The position numbers were made by a program, and so were the translations under genes. A stretch of 54,941 nucleotides of DNA, filler included, from Jimgerdemannia flammicorona (taxonomy: Eukaryota): NCBI GenBank assembly GCA_003990765.1. It is 2 parts of 2 records of this genome, joined end to end, with 100 filler letters (N's around TTAATTAATTAA, not from the genome) between each part and the next. Parts side by side here need not be neighbours in the genome. Positions count along the whole stretch, not along the records: positions 1 to 27,423 come from RBNJ01000630.1; 1 more part is not named here. One strand, written 5' to 3'. Positions 12,450 to 25,700 of this stretch are shown here, piece by piece; position 1 is the first letter of the stretch; each line of letters opens with the position of its first letter. The notes below the pieces were generated by a model that searched no databases, had not been told where the DNA came from, and worked only from the letters and a program-made list of their open reading frames with translations.

Positions 12450-12880
12450 GAACCAGATATCACCCTCAAGGTCAAGAAGTTTCACCCTGAAGCCAAGATC
12501 CCAGAATATAAGACTAAAGGAGCTATAGGAATAGACCTTATCAGTATTCAAGATGCTACTCTCAAACTATAGACCACCACTCTACTTGGCACTGGAATTG
12601 GAGTCAAGTTGTCAGAGAACTATGCTGGAATTATCAAGACCAGGAGTAGTTTGGCCAAAAGTGAAATCTCAGTTGAAGGAGGAGTAATTAACCCTGATTA
12701 CACAGGCAAGATTTTCCTTATAGTCAGGAATTACAACCCTATCACCCCATTCAAAGTCAAGAAGTATGACAGGATTAGCCAGATGCTGATCCACAAAATC
12801 AAGAAGCCCAAGATCACTGAAGCCATTGAACTCATCAAAACCAAGAGAGGAGAACAAGACTTTGGATCTACTAGAAGAGG
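12450..12880 (+). pseudogene. dUTPase domain within Gypsy pol (between protease and RT)
   Basis: Motifs GIDL, RSSLAK, GGVINPDYTGKI, DRISQMLI and RGEQDFGST correspond to trimeric dUTPase motifs I-V. Second copy at about 23850-24250 (-). Confidence 0.9.
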
Positions 12881-15800
12881 AGTCTATACTGCCACTAAGA
12901 TTACTGAACTTGAGTACAAGAAAGACAGGACCAGAACAAGTATACATATACTATTGGAGAAAACTTTCCCCTAGAAGAACAACTTCTCAAGATCTTGTAC
13001 CAGAATGAAGAAGTACTTACTATAGACTTCAGGAATATCCACAATCAAGAATCCAAGTACTACTATGAAGTTGACACCAGTGATACCAAGCCCATCTACC
13101 AGAAAGCCAGACCTATACCACCTACCTATAGAGAATGGCTGCAAGCAGAACTCAAGGAAATGGAAGAAGTCAGAATCATCAAGCAAGCTATTAGTCCCTG
13201 GGCTTCACCCATTGTTCTTGCTCCAAAGAAAGGAGTAAGCCTGGAGAGTTTGCCCCAAGACTCTGCATTGACTATAGAAAGCTCAATGTAATTACCAAGA
13301 AGGATAGACAGCCCTTGCCAAATATTCAAGAAATCCTTACCACCCTTTAAAGTGAAGCCAAATACTACACCATCTTGGATCTGTTCTCAGGTTTCCATCA
13401 GATTGGTCTCACTCAAGATGCTAGTGAGAAATCAGTCTTCATTATACCTGATGTCATCTATATCTACCTGTGAATGCCATTTGGAATGTATAATGCTCTA
13501 GCAAGTTTTCAGCGAATGATGAACAGAGTCTTCAGCAATGAGATCAGAAAATAGCTCTTTGTCTATGTTAATGATATTATTATCTTCAGCAATACTACAT
13601 GGAAACATATCAACTATATATAGCTAGCCCTCAAGAAGCTCAAGAAGCATGGTCTCTATATCAAGCCCAAGAAGTATAAGTTTATAGCTCAGGAAATCAC
13701 TACCTAGGACACCTTATCAACCAGACTAGAATCCATACAGACCTCATGAAGATTGAGGCTGTTGCAGTCTACCCAAGACCCAGAACAACTACAGAAGTCC
13801 ATGCCTTCCTTGGACTGGCCTTCTACTATAGAAGATTTATCAAAGGATACTCTAACATTACAGTACCTATCTATGAGCTACTGAAGAAGGAGATCAAATT
13901 TGAATGGACTAAGAAATACTAAGAAATCTTCAATAAACTCAAGACCAGATTGGAACCTAGAGTTCATCCTGCAGACAGATGTAAGTGCTATAGGACTTGG
14001 AGTAGTTCTAGCTCAAAAGAAAGATGGACATGAATATGTTATCTCCTATATAAGCCAAGGTACCTATGAAGCAGAACAGAACTATGAGTTATGCAAGCTC
14101 AAATGCTTAGCAGTAGTTTGAGCAGTAGATAATTCCACTACTACCTAGCTGGGAAATACTTTACTATTCAAACAGACCATTCTGCTCTTGCCTGATTATT
14201 CCACACTCTGAATCCCAAAGGAATATATACCAGATAGATCTACAGATTGCAAGAGTATGACTATACTATCAAGCACTACCCAGGAAGAACCAATGTCAAT
14301 ACTGATGTACTCTTAAGGATACCCCAAAATACTCCCATCAAGACTATTCAACATAAATAAGGAGTTATACTATGGATTAATCAGCTATCTTGGGCAGCAG
14401 AAGATGTCCAACCACCTCGAACTCTGGACAATCACTATTATCAACTGGACTTAGAAATAGTTTGAACTAAATAACACTATACTCAGAAAAGGAGGAAAGC
14501 TTATAATACCCAAACACAAGAAGTATTAAGTAATGAAGAAAGTATATGAACAAGGATATCAAGGAGAAACTAATATATATGATAAGGTAAGAAGAACTAT
14601 GTGGTGGTCCAAAATGGAAGAAGACCTGTGCCAATTTGTCAAAGGGTGTGATAAGCATCAAAAACAGAAACAAGATCAGCAAGACCAGACATCTGGGTCA
14701 TTAAGAATTGAGCCTATCCTCTTTCACCACATCACAATGGATATCATTGGGCCACTACCAGTAATACTATCAGGAAACTGCTACATTATAGTTATTGTAG
14801 ACCTCTTTACCAAATAGATAGAAGCAGAAGTATTACAAGAAGCCAATGTCCTCTCTATAGCTAACTTCCTGCACCAAGAAATCATCTACTATAAGACACC
14901 AAAGCAAATTACCACAGACTGCAGCACAGAATTTATCAATGAATTCTATAAGATAATATATTAGAAATACAAGATTCAGTACATCAAAACCACTGTATAC
15001 TACCCTCAAGGAAATAGACAGATAGAGAGAACCAATAAGACCCTCAAGAACATTCTGGCAAAGATCTCAGACACATATGAGAATTGGGATAACTACCTCC
15101 CAACTGCTCTCTCTGTTCTATAAGACATATGGTCACAGAGTACATACTTTATCTCAAGAGAACTGCTCTTCAGAGAAAACGATTCCAATAGAACCTCAGC
15201 CACAAATCTAGATCTAACTTAGAGATAGGTTGACTCAGAAATCTAGAGACTATACCAAATCAGAAAGAAGGCTGAAGATTATATCATCAAGTTATAAGCA
15301 CTCATAAGAAAGAATACAGAAAAGAATCACAAGACCCTAGAACTCATCTAAATCAGAGAAAAGGTCCTACTGTATTGAAATATGGTAGAAGCCTCATAGT
15401 TATGAAAACTGGAGTCCAAATAGGAAGGACCCTTCAATATATAAGATATCAAGAGAACTACCTTCTGGCTTAGAAAACTCTCAGGGACCATACTGCCTAC
15501 TATAGTACACAGGAACAGACTCAAGAAGTACTATGAACCTATATAAGAGAAGTAAAATGTAATGACTACCTGTGAGGTTCTAGTCTATGAATCATAACAG
15601 CATCTCTCATAACTAGCAGGCAATCTGTCTGGACTATTCTCTAAGGGATATAGTACCAGCAACTACTCATCTATGAAACTTTTGAAGCCAGAGGAGTTCA
15701 AACCATCAACTTATTAGTCAAGATCATAATTAAGCCCTTGCTCTATATAAAGGAAGTGACTCTTCACCATCACACCAAAATATATAAGAAAGACACCAGC

Positions 15801-15910
15801 CTATAAATACCACTTTTCAATCCCCTACTAGAGGTTATGAGATCAACAAATTTTTCAGGACTAGACTAATGAATAAGGATGTTTAAGAAGATCCTTATTC
15901 AGAAGGAAGA

Positions 15911-17472
15911 TGTAACAGTGACCTCAAAATAATGATATCAGTACTGGAGACAGTCTTTCCTTACAAACTACTAGATTGAAGCATAAGAAGATCATATGGC
16001 ATAATTTACCCAGGCTATGAGATGAGTAATGATTACCAATGTAAGTCATTGTGTCTACAGGACAGGCATCTTGAGGAATATAAAAGAAGGATTAAGGAAC
16101 CACAGTAGCAGCAACCCAATAATACCCACCAATTACAAAATAGCTCAAAGACTTATCACAAATGAAATGTCTACTGCTCACCAAACCTCAAGGTCAAGAA
16201 ACCACCAAGGCATCTCAGTTAAAGAAAGGATGTTTCAAGACATCAGAAGAGTCATGAGAACCTACACCACAAGGACTCCTAGTGTCAACCTGAGTACTGG
16301 TGACCCTTATCATTATATTCTCTACTATTGTGAAATGGAAACAAGAATTACTATTGCTACTGAATGCCTTCAAATGTGGCAGAAGTATGAAATAGGAAAC
16401 CTTCTCTACTGGGAGTTTTCACAGACCAGCCCTCAAGAGTTACAAGATACCACTCTCATAGATATATATAAAATAAGGCCAGCCAAAAAGATTCATCAGA
16501 TCTTTAGGCATATACTATAGTTGATCTCCAACTTGAAGTATATCAGAGTCTCAGACTTCAGAGATCTATCAGCCTATCATATCAATGCACTAGAAGCCAG
16601 AGTGACTACAGAAGCTCAGTCTACTATCACTCTCAATAGTGATGAAGTAGAAGACTTCTAGTATCCCATCCTCCAGAACAACCCAGATCAATTCCTGTAA
16701 GAATTGATCTCAGTATTCTAAGACTCAAGTATCTAGGTTAGACCTCTCCAAGACCCCATATTTATCCCTTATTTTGTAGAAGAGAATCTCATAGACTGGA
16801 GAGCCCCAGATCTCCTTACTCTCTCTGCCACTGCCAAACATGATGATGTTATCAGCAATGATATCATTCTGTATGATATATGCAAAATATATAATGAGAC
16901 TGAAATGTTTACAGATCTCATCTCCTTCAGCAATAATGAGGATGAAGCTACCATAGTCCTGAACATTCTGCTCTAAGTTCCTTGGTTATACTGAATTATT
17001 CTGATATTCTTTTCCTGTATAATAGCTATTCCTCCACTGGTATTCTAATCTTGTATAACTCAGAATTATTCCAGCACTCTTTCCTATATCACTAAAATTA
17101 TACCAGTATCCTGAACTTATGTAACCATCTGTACTGATACTAAAACTTAGTAGTTTTCTGTGTTCCAGTATTTTATTTGATTATTGGAATTTATATTTAG
17201 CTTTATATCTTAGCAACTATTGAATTATATTTTGTATAAATACCCCTCTTATTTTCTTCAAAATAAAGTCAGTCAAGTTCACTTATACACAATTCCTTGT
17301 GAGCAATCTAAAGAGATAACAAGATAGTTTAAAGATAAGAAGTTTGAGGACTATAAGACCTTGGGAAGATACTCCAATAAGAACTTACTTATAATAAACT
17401 TAAGTTAGTCTAAGAGATATATCTTGAAGAGAATCTGACATATTTAAAAGACTCAGCAACTACTATATAGCA
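15911..17472 (+). repeat. 3' LTR of Gypsy copy 1
   Basis: Preceded by the PPT; starts TGTAACAGTGACC, ends CTATATAGCA, followed by TSD TTGT. Confidence 0.93.
16167..16976 (+). pseudogene. 270-codon ORF of unknown function embedded in the Gypsy LTR (also 8466-9275)
   Basis: ATG at 16167 to TAA at 16974-16976 in one frame. In-frame stops are mostly sense codons in the other LTR (TAG/TGG, TAA/CAA). The N-terminal part is also seen in copy 2 (ORF 20337-20552). Confidence 0.7.
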
Positions 17473-18561
17473 TTGTATATATATTTATAAAAATATAATT
17501 TTGAAGATCAAAAGAATAGTAATAGAAAGGTTATTATATATAAAGGCAAATTAGTAAGTATTTAAATATATTAATTAATATATTTGATTACAAAAATACT
17601 AATGGCTCTTTATATATAGTATTCTTTTATATAGTAATTTAATTAATAATTAGTAAATATTACTGTAATTTATATAACTAAAATGATCAATAATAGAATT
17701 TTAGCTATACAGAGAAGAAATAGATAGATAATCTATTATTATCTATCAAAGTTAGTAAATATATATAAAGTCTATATAAGTGTAAAGTATAAGTAAGTGA
17801 TAGTACTAAATCTGTTTGAGTATTGATAAATAATAACTTGAAAGCTTTTCATATACTCTATTAAGCAAAAGATATAATTAGAGCTAAATAATATATAAAT
17901 ATTTTTATTTATTTCTTTAAATGTATTAGCCAAATATATATTATTATTAGTATATTATAGTATATTTATTTATTTATATTTCTTTGTATTTTATATAGAG
18001 ATAAAGTTTTGCAGATATAATAAAGATATAATATCAGATAGAATATAAGTAATTTTGATATTAAATTTTTATAAAATCCATTAAACTAATGATAAGTTTT
18101 GCTCAATAATTTTAATTTTAATAACTTTATTCTATTTGAACTAATATAATCTCTATTGTCTAAAGAAATATAATCATTTTATTTATATTATAATAATTAT
18201 ATAAAATATATATATTTAGTTTATATCTATTTGAATTGGAAATACTACTGTGGTAATTTATTAGATATACTTTTTATTAAAGTCAATAAGTATAATTATA
18301 TTTATATATATATGATCCTTTGCTTTACTCTATATTTAAAGAGAAATTTATATAATATAGATTATACATATAAAGTAGTATCTTTATAATACTCACTCTT
18401 TTCAAAAAGATAAATATTAGTACTGGTATTATTATATAACTCTAAAATAGAATATTTAATAGCTATATATTTAGGGTAGATAGAGTATTGAGTTTAATAA
18501 TTTAACTATTATATAGTATATAGTCAGCTCAAATAATATATAGAGATCTTTATATAAAACC

Positions 18562-19705
18562 TATTGAGATGACAACTCAATATGTCAATATATGACCTTA
18601 TGCTATTCTATCAGATTTATATCATTCATCAGTAATATAGAGAAATATGCAACTTATGCAACTTTAATAAAATATCTCTCTTTATAATAAAGGTTATGAG
18701 CCCTACTAAGTACTAAATAGCTATAGCAAAAATATCTCTTTAAATATACTACATATATATACTAGAAATGTTTGAAAACCAGCCTAGCAATATAAGTATG
18801 GAAATAGACATACTAATTGTAAGTATTCCTCCTATAGGTGTAACCTCAATAAGTATGGGAAATATAGTCTTAGTTATTAGTATAAATATAGTCAAAAGAT
18901 CCATTCTGATCTTCAATGAGAAAGACTATGCTATTTGGGTACTTTATATGATGAATCTCCTTGATAAATGTAGCTTAGTAGAATATATAAAGCTATAAGC
19001 ACTAATTCAAGATTATAATCTCACAAATAATTGCTCAGCATTATACAAAATTATATTTATATTGTTGAACTTGCAAATAAAGCTTATAATACATACTATG
19101 ATAGCTCATAACATGTAAGAGATCCTATATAAGTATCATATACAAGCATCTATATCAAATCAATTCCATCTAAAATCTCAGCTATTCAATTTTTGAATGA
19201 AGCCAAAGAAGAGCATCTGCAATTATACCAGTCATATTGATGATCTAGTGAATTAAGTGAATTCTCTTAGTATGTCTACAGATTGCATTAGTAATAAAGA
19301 TAAGGTTATAGTACTCACAAGAAGACTTCTAAATGTATATAATATTATCATCATAGCTATGTATAAGAGCAGCAGTCTCTCAGACTATGTCTACATAATA
19401 ATGAGTCTTATGAATGAGGAAATATATTAAGGAAATAGTATCAATAATGATAAGAATACTTTCTATGAGTCTTATAGATAAGGTGGTAAACAAGGTCAAA
19501 AATGTAGTCAACAAGATCAGTAAACCCAAACCCAAGCTCAACAATATAATAATAACCAGTCTAGCCAATCAATCAAATATGATGGTTATTGTGAATACTG
19601 CAGCAAGTATGGATATAGAAAATATCAATACTATAACTAAAAAAATTATAAGAAGAGTGGTAAAAATAAGCAATAATGTGAAAAAAGCCAGTATTGGCAA
19701 TATAG
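18562..19705 (+). mobile_element. Ty1/copia 5' fragment (short LTR, PBS, decayed gag), interrupted by Gypsy copy 2
   Basis: LTR of about 130 bp at 18562-18691. PBS GGTTATGAGCCC at 18692-18703 is of the copia type that uses an internal tRNAi-Met fragment. Gag-like FNEKDYAIW and a decayed knuckle GYCEYCSKYGYRKYQY at about 19585-19633. Confidence 0.8.
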
Positions 19706-22700
19706 TGTCATGTAGTGGTCGCTGAGTCCTTTAAATATGCCAGATTCTCTTCAAGATATATCTCTTAGACTAACTCAAGTTTGTTATAAGCAAGTTCTTA
19801 TTGGAGTGCCTTCTCGAGGTCTTATAGTCCTCAAACTTCTTATCTTTAAACGTCTTATTATCTCTTAGATTGCTTGCAAGAAAGTGTATATATTGTACTA
19901 AGAGAAACTGACTTTATTTCAAAGAAAATAAGAGGAGTATTTATACAAAATATAATTCAATGGTTGCTAAGATATAAAGCTAAATATAAATTCCAATAAC
20001 TAAAATATAATGCCAGGACAGGAAAGACTGCTAAGTTTCAGGGTCAGCACTAATGATTATACAGATTTAGAATACTGGTATAATTCAGTATTACCTCAGA
20101 ATGCTGATGCTGGCATAATTCAGTGTAACCAAAGAACTTTAGAGCAGAATGTTCAAGACCATAGGGGCTTCATCCTCATTAGAGGTTAGGATGTCTTTGA
20201 AGGAGATAAGGTCTGCAAATTCATTGTCATTACATAGATTGCACATTTTATATATATCCATGGGAGTGATATCTTGTAGCTCTTGAGTGCTGGCCTGTAG
20301 GAACTCCTGGCAGAGGAGGTTTCCTATTTCATACTCCTACCATATTTGGAGGTATTCAGTAACAATGGTGATCCTTGTTTCCATTTTACAGTAGTAGAGG
20401 ATAAAGTGATAAGGATCTGCAGTATCCAGGTTGACACTAGGAGTCCTTCTTACATGGGTCCTCATGGCTCTTCTGATGTCTTGGAATATCCTTTCTTCAA
20501 CTAAGGTGCCTTGGTGATTCCTTGACCTTGAGGTTTGGTGAGTGGCAGGCATTTTATTTGTAGTAAGTCTTTGAGCTATTTTGGAATTGGTGGGTCTTGT
20601 TGGTTACTGTTACTATGGTTCCTTGATTCTTCTTTTATATTTCTCAAGATGCTTATACTGTGGTCACAATAACTCACAGTTGGTTATCATGCTCATCTTG
20701 TCTGCCATATGATCTTCTTATGCTCTAATCTGGTAGCTTGTAAGGAAAGGCTGTCTCCTGTGCTGATGTTATCATTCTGGGGTCACTGTTACATCTTCCT
20801 CCTGAATAAAGATCTTCTTGAGCATCCTTATTCATTGGTCCAGTCCTGAAAAATTTGCTAATCCTATAACCTCTGGCAAAGGGTTGAAAAGTGATATTTA
20901 TAGACTGGCATCTTCCTTATGTATTTTGGCATGATAGTGAAGGGCCACTCCCTTCATATAAAGCAAGGGCCTGATTCTGATCTTGACCAATCTGTTGACA
21001 GTTTGAACTCCTCTAGTTTTGAAAGTCTCACAGATGAGTAGTTGCTGGTACTGTATTCCTTAGAGAATGGTCCAGACAGATAGTCTGCTGGTCATAGAAC
21101 ATACTATTATGATTCATGAACTAGAACCTCATGGGCAGTCATTATGTTTTGCTTCTCTTGTATAGGTTTATGATACTTCTTGAGTCTGTTCCTATATACT
21201 GTGGTAGGCAGTATGGTCTCTGAGATTTTTCTAAGCCAGAAGATAGTTCCCTTGATATCTTGGATATAGAAAGGTCCTTCCTATTTGGGCTCCAGTTTTT
21301 GTGACCATGAGGCTTCTACTATATTTTGATACAGTAGGACCTTTTCTCCAATTTGGATGGGTTCTAGGGTCTTGTAATTCTTTTCTGTATTCTTTCTTGT
21401 CAGTACTTGTGACTTGATGATGTAATCTTCAGGCTTCTTCCTAATTTGGTATAGTCTCTGGATTTCTACATTGATCTGTCTCCAAGTTAGGTCTAGATTT
21501 GTGGCTGAGGTTCCATCAGAATCTTCTTCTCTAAAGAGCAGTTCCCTTGGGGTAAAGTGTGTACTCTGTAACTGTATGTCTCATAGGACAGAGAGGACAG
21601 TTGGGAGATAATTATCCCAATTCTCATATGTCTCTGAGATCTTCACCAGGATGTTCTTGAGGGTCTTGTTGGTTCTCTCTGTCTATCCATTTCCTTGAGG
21701 GTGGTATGCAGTGGTCTTGATGTGCTGGATCTTGTATTTCTGATACATTATCTTATGGAATCTATTGACAAATTCTATGCTATGGTCTGTTGTGATTTGC
21801 TTTGGTGTCTTGTAGCAGCAGATGATTTCTCAGTGCAGGAAGTCAGCTATAGAGAGGGCATTGGCTTCTTGTAATGCTCCTGCTTCTATCTATTTGGTAA
21901 AGAGGTCTACAATAACTATAATATAGTAGTTTCCTGATAGTGTTACCCAATGATATCTATTGCAATATGGTAGAAGGAGATAGGTTCAATTTTTGATGAT
22001 CCAGATGCCTGGTCTTGCTGATCTTGTTTCTGTTTTTGGTACTTATTACACCCTTTGACAAATTGGTGCAGGTCTTCTTCCATTTTGGGCCACCACATAG
22101 TTCTTCTTATGTGTTGGTTCCTCCTAGGTGTCCTTGCTCATATACTTCCTTCATTACTTGATACTTCTTGTATTTGAGTATTACTAGCTTTCCTTCTTTT
22201 CTGAGTATAGTGTTGTCTAGTTCAAACTATTTCCAAGTCCAGTTGATGATAGTGATTGTCCAGAGTTCAAGGTGGTTGGGCATCTTCTACTGCCCAAGAT
22301 AGCTGATTAATCCATAGTATAACTTCTTATTCATGTTGAGTAATATTGATGGGGGTATTTTGGGGTATCCTTGAGAGTGTATCAGCATTGGTGTTGGTTC
22401 TTCCTGAGTGGTGCTTGACAGTACAGTCATACTCTTACAGCCTGTAGATCCATCTGGTATATATTCCTTTGAGATTCAGAGTATAGAATAGCCAGGCAAG
22501 AGTGGAATGGTCTGTTTGAATAGTGAAGTATTTTCTAGCTAAGTAGTAGTAGAACTTGTCTACTGCCCAAACTACTGCTAAGTATTTGAGCTTACATGAC
22601 TCACAGTTCTGTTCTGCTCTACAGATACCTTGACTTACATAGGAGATGACATATTCATGTCCATCTTTCTTCTGGGCTAGGACTGCTCCAAGTCCTATAG

Positions 22701-25700
22701 TACTTGCATCTGTCTGCAGGATGAATTCTAGGTTCCAATCTGGTCTTTTGAGAATAGGTGCTTGGGTCAACCTGGTCTTGAGTTCATTGAAGGTTTCTTG
22801 GTATTCCTTGGTCCATTTGAATTTGGTTTCCTTCTTCAGTAGCTCATAGATAGGTACTGCAATGTTGGAGTATCCTTTGATGAATCTTCTGTAGTAGCTG
22901 GCCAGTCCAAAGAAGGCATGGACTTCTGTAGTCATTCTGGGTCTCAGGTAGGCTGTAACAGCCTCAATCTTTATAGGGTCTATGTGGATTCCAGTCTGGT
23001 TGATGAGGTGTCCTAGATAGGTGATTTCTTGAGCCACAAACTTGCATTTCTTGGGCTTGATGTAAAGGCCATGCTTCTTGAGCTTCTTGAGGGCTAGCTG
23101 TATATGATTGATATGTTCCCATATAGTGTTGCTGAAGATGATCACATCATCAATATAGACAAAGAGCCATTTTCCAATCTCATTGCTGAAGATTCTATTC
23201 ATCATTTGCTGGAAACTTGCTGGAGCATTGCACATTTCAAATGGCATTCACAGGTAGATATAGGTGGCATCAGGTATGATGAAGGCTGATTTCTCACTGG
23301 TATCTTGAATGAGATCAATCTGATAGAAGTCTGAGAACAGATCCAAGGTGGTGTAGTATTTGGCTTCACTTCCAAGGGTGGTAAGGATTTCTTGAATATT
23401 TGGTAAGGGCTGCCTATCCTTCTTGGTGATGGCATTGAGCTTCCTGTAGTCAATGCAGAGTCTTGGTGCAAACTCTCCAGGCTTGCTTCTTTTCTTTGGG
23501 GTGAGGATAATGGGTGAAGCCCAGGAACTGATAGCTTGCTTGATGATTCTGGCTTCTTCTATTTTCTTGAGTTCTGCTTGCAGCCATTCTCTGTAGGCAG
23601 GTGGTATGGGTTTGGCTTTCTGGTAGATGGGCTTGATATCATCAGTGTCAACTTCATAATAGTACTTGGATTCTTGATTATAGATATCCCTGAAGTCTGT
23701 AGTAAGTACTCCTTCATTCTGATGCAGGATCTTGAGAAGTTGTTCTTCTAGGGGAAAGTTTTCTCTAATAGTATATGTGTACTTGTTCTGGTCATTGTAT
23801 TTCTTGTGTTCAAGTTCAGTAATCTTGGTGGCAGCATAGACTCCTCTTCCAGTAAATCCAAAGTCTTGTTCTTCTCTCTTGGTCTTGATGAGTTCAATGG
23901 CTTCAGTGATCTTAGACTTCTTGATTTCATAGATTAGCATCTGGCTAATTCTATCATGCTTCTTGATTTCGAATGGAGTGGTGGGGTTGTGGTTCCTAAC
24001 TATGAGGAAGATCTTGCCAGAGTAATCAGGATCAATTACTCCTCCTTTAACTGAGATTTCACTTTTGGTCAGACTGCTTCTGGACTTGATAATTCTGGCA
24101 TAGTTTTCTGACAGCTTGACTCCAATTCCAGTGCCAAGTAGGGTGGTGGTCTGTGGTTTAAGAGTAGCATCTTGAATGCTGGCAAGGTCCATTCCTATGG
24201 CTCCTTCAGTCTTGTATTCTGGGATCTTGGCTTCAGGGTGGAACTTCTTGACCTTGAGAGTGATATCTGGTTCTTGTCCTTCCTCATCATCACTGTCAGC
24301 TTGAAGCTCTGGGGGCTGGTCATCTTCTTCAGCTTTTCTTTTTGCTTCAGTAGCTTCTTGCTCATGTTTCTGTTAGCAGATTTTCCTGACTTCACTGATA
24401 CAGGACCAGCAGTCATTTAGGTGTTCAGTGCAGTACATCCTGGTACCATGGGGGCATCTTCCTTGAGGGACATAGCTATCAATAATCTTGTTGTATCACT
24501 GCTCATCTGTGAGCTTGGGTGTTTTGTTCTTGTTCTTGTTCTTATTCACCAAGTACATAAAGACCTCTGTTTCCTCTTCATCTCCTTCCTCTATATCTGG
24601 TAGAACTCCTTTATAGATATTGATAGAGACTTGTACCTTTCTTCCTCTATAGTTGATCTGCATCTTCTAGATATTGAGGTCAATGATGGCCTTGGCCTTG
24701 TGAAGCCATTGGTTGCTAATGAGGATATCATAGTTAGTGGCACTTATAACAATCACATCTACTGGGATGGTAGCTCCTTCTATCTTAATGGGGACTTCTC
24801 AGATTTTGCCAAGGGGGGTAGCTCATGTACTATCTGCTATAACATAGACTATCTTGGTGGACTCTTCAATGTTCCAGCCTAGGCAGTCAATTGTCTTCTT
24901 ACTTATAAGGCATCCTCCAGCACTGGTATCAATGATAGAATCAAAGATACAGTCTTCAATCTGACATGAGGTATAGGCTGATGTCTTGTACTAGTCTTCA
25001 GATTCTTCGGATTCTTTCTATGCATTGAGCTTCTACAATCTTGTACTCTTGATTCTTAACAGTAGTTGCAAGTCCTACTCTCAACTGCTGTCTGAAGACA
25101 GGAACTTTGGCTAGCTGTCCAAAAGTAGCATTGACCTTCTATTCCTTGAGATACTTGTAGATATCATACTGATAGATCTTGGTCTTGTGTAGCTTCTATT
25201 CCTTCTTGCTTTCACTTTCTCCTGAGACTGGAGTAGAGCCTTCAATAATTTGGTGGGCAGCTTTATCTAACTCTATGTCTTGATCAATCTCCTTGGGTTG
25301 AGTCTTACTTTGAATAGTGACAGCTGGAGTCTTCTTTGGTCTTCCAACTGGCTTGCCATTGCTCTTCTCATCATAGAGCTTGGACCAGGTTCTGGTACCT
25401 TCAGTAGCAGGGTAGAATTTAAGCTCTTTGTAGTATTCTTCATCATTAGTATCGCCAATCTCCTTAATGACTACTGCATTAGTTTGTTCTCTGGTTCTGC
25501 TAGCATTGCTTGGTTGGGCTTTGCATCTTGTTTTGGTCATGCAATTCTTTACATAGTGGCCTTCTTCTCTATATCTGAAGTATGTAATATTGTATTCTTC
25601 TGTAGCAGCTGCAAATCTCTGTACTGGTCTCCTGTTAATACTTTGGACTTCTCTAACAACATCATCAAGGTGTGCAGTCATCTTAGTGAACTGCTTGGCA

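Larger units (their letters stand above)
8209..17472 (+). mobile_element. Full-length degenerate Ty3/Gypsy LTR retrotransposon (copy 1): gag-PR-dUTPase-RT-RNaseH-IN
   Basis: LTRs 8209-9770 and 15911-17472 (1562 bp each, TG...CA). 4-bp TSD TTGT (8205-8208, 17473-17476). PBS-like sequence after 9770 and PPT AGAAGGAAGA at 15901-15910. Decayed gag zinc knuckle about 10700-10745; protease IIDTSAGG about 11360; dUTPase about 12450-12880; RT (SPWASPIVLAPKK, VYVNDIIIF); RNase H (FILQTDVSAIGLG); integrase (MDIIGPLP, GPF tail). Many stops. Confidence 0.95.
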
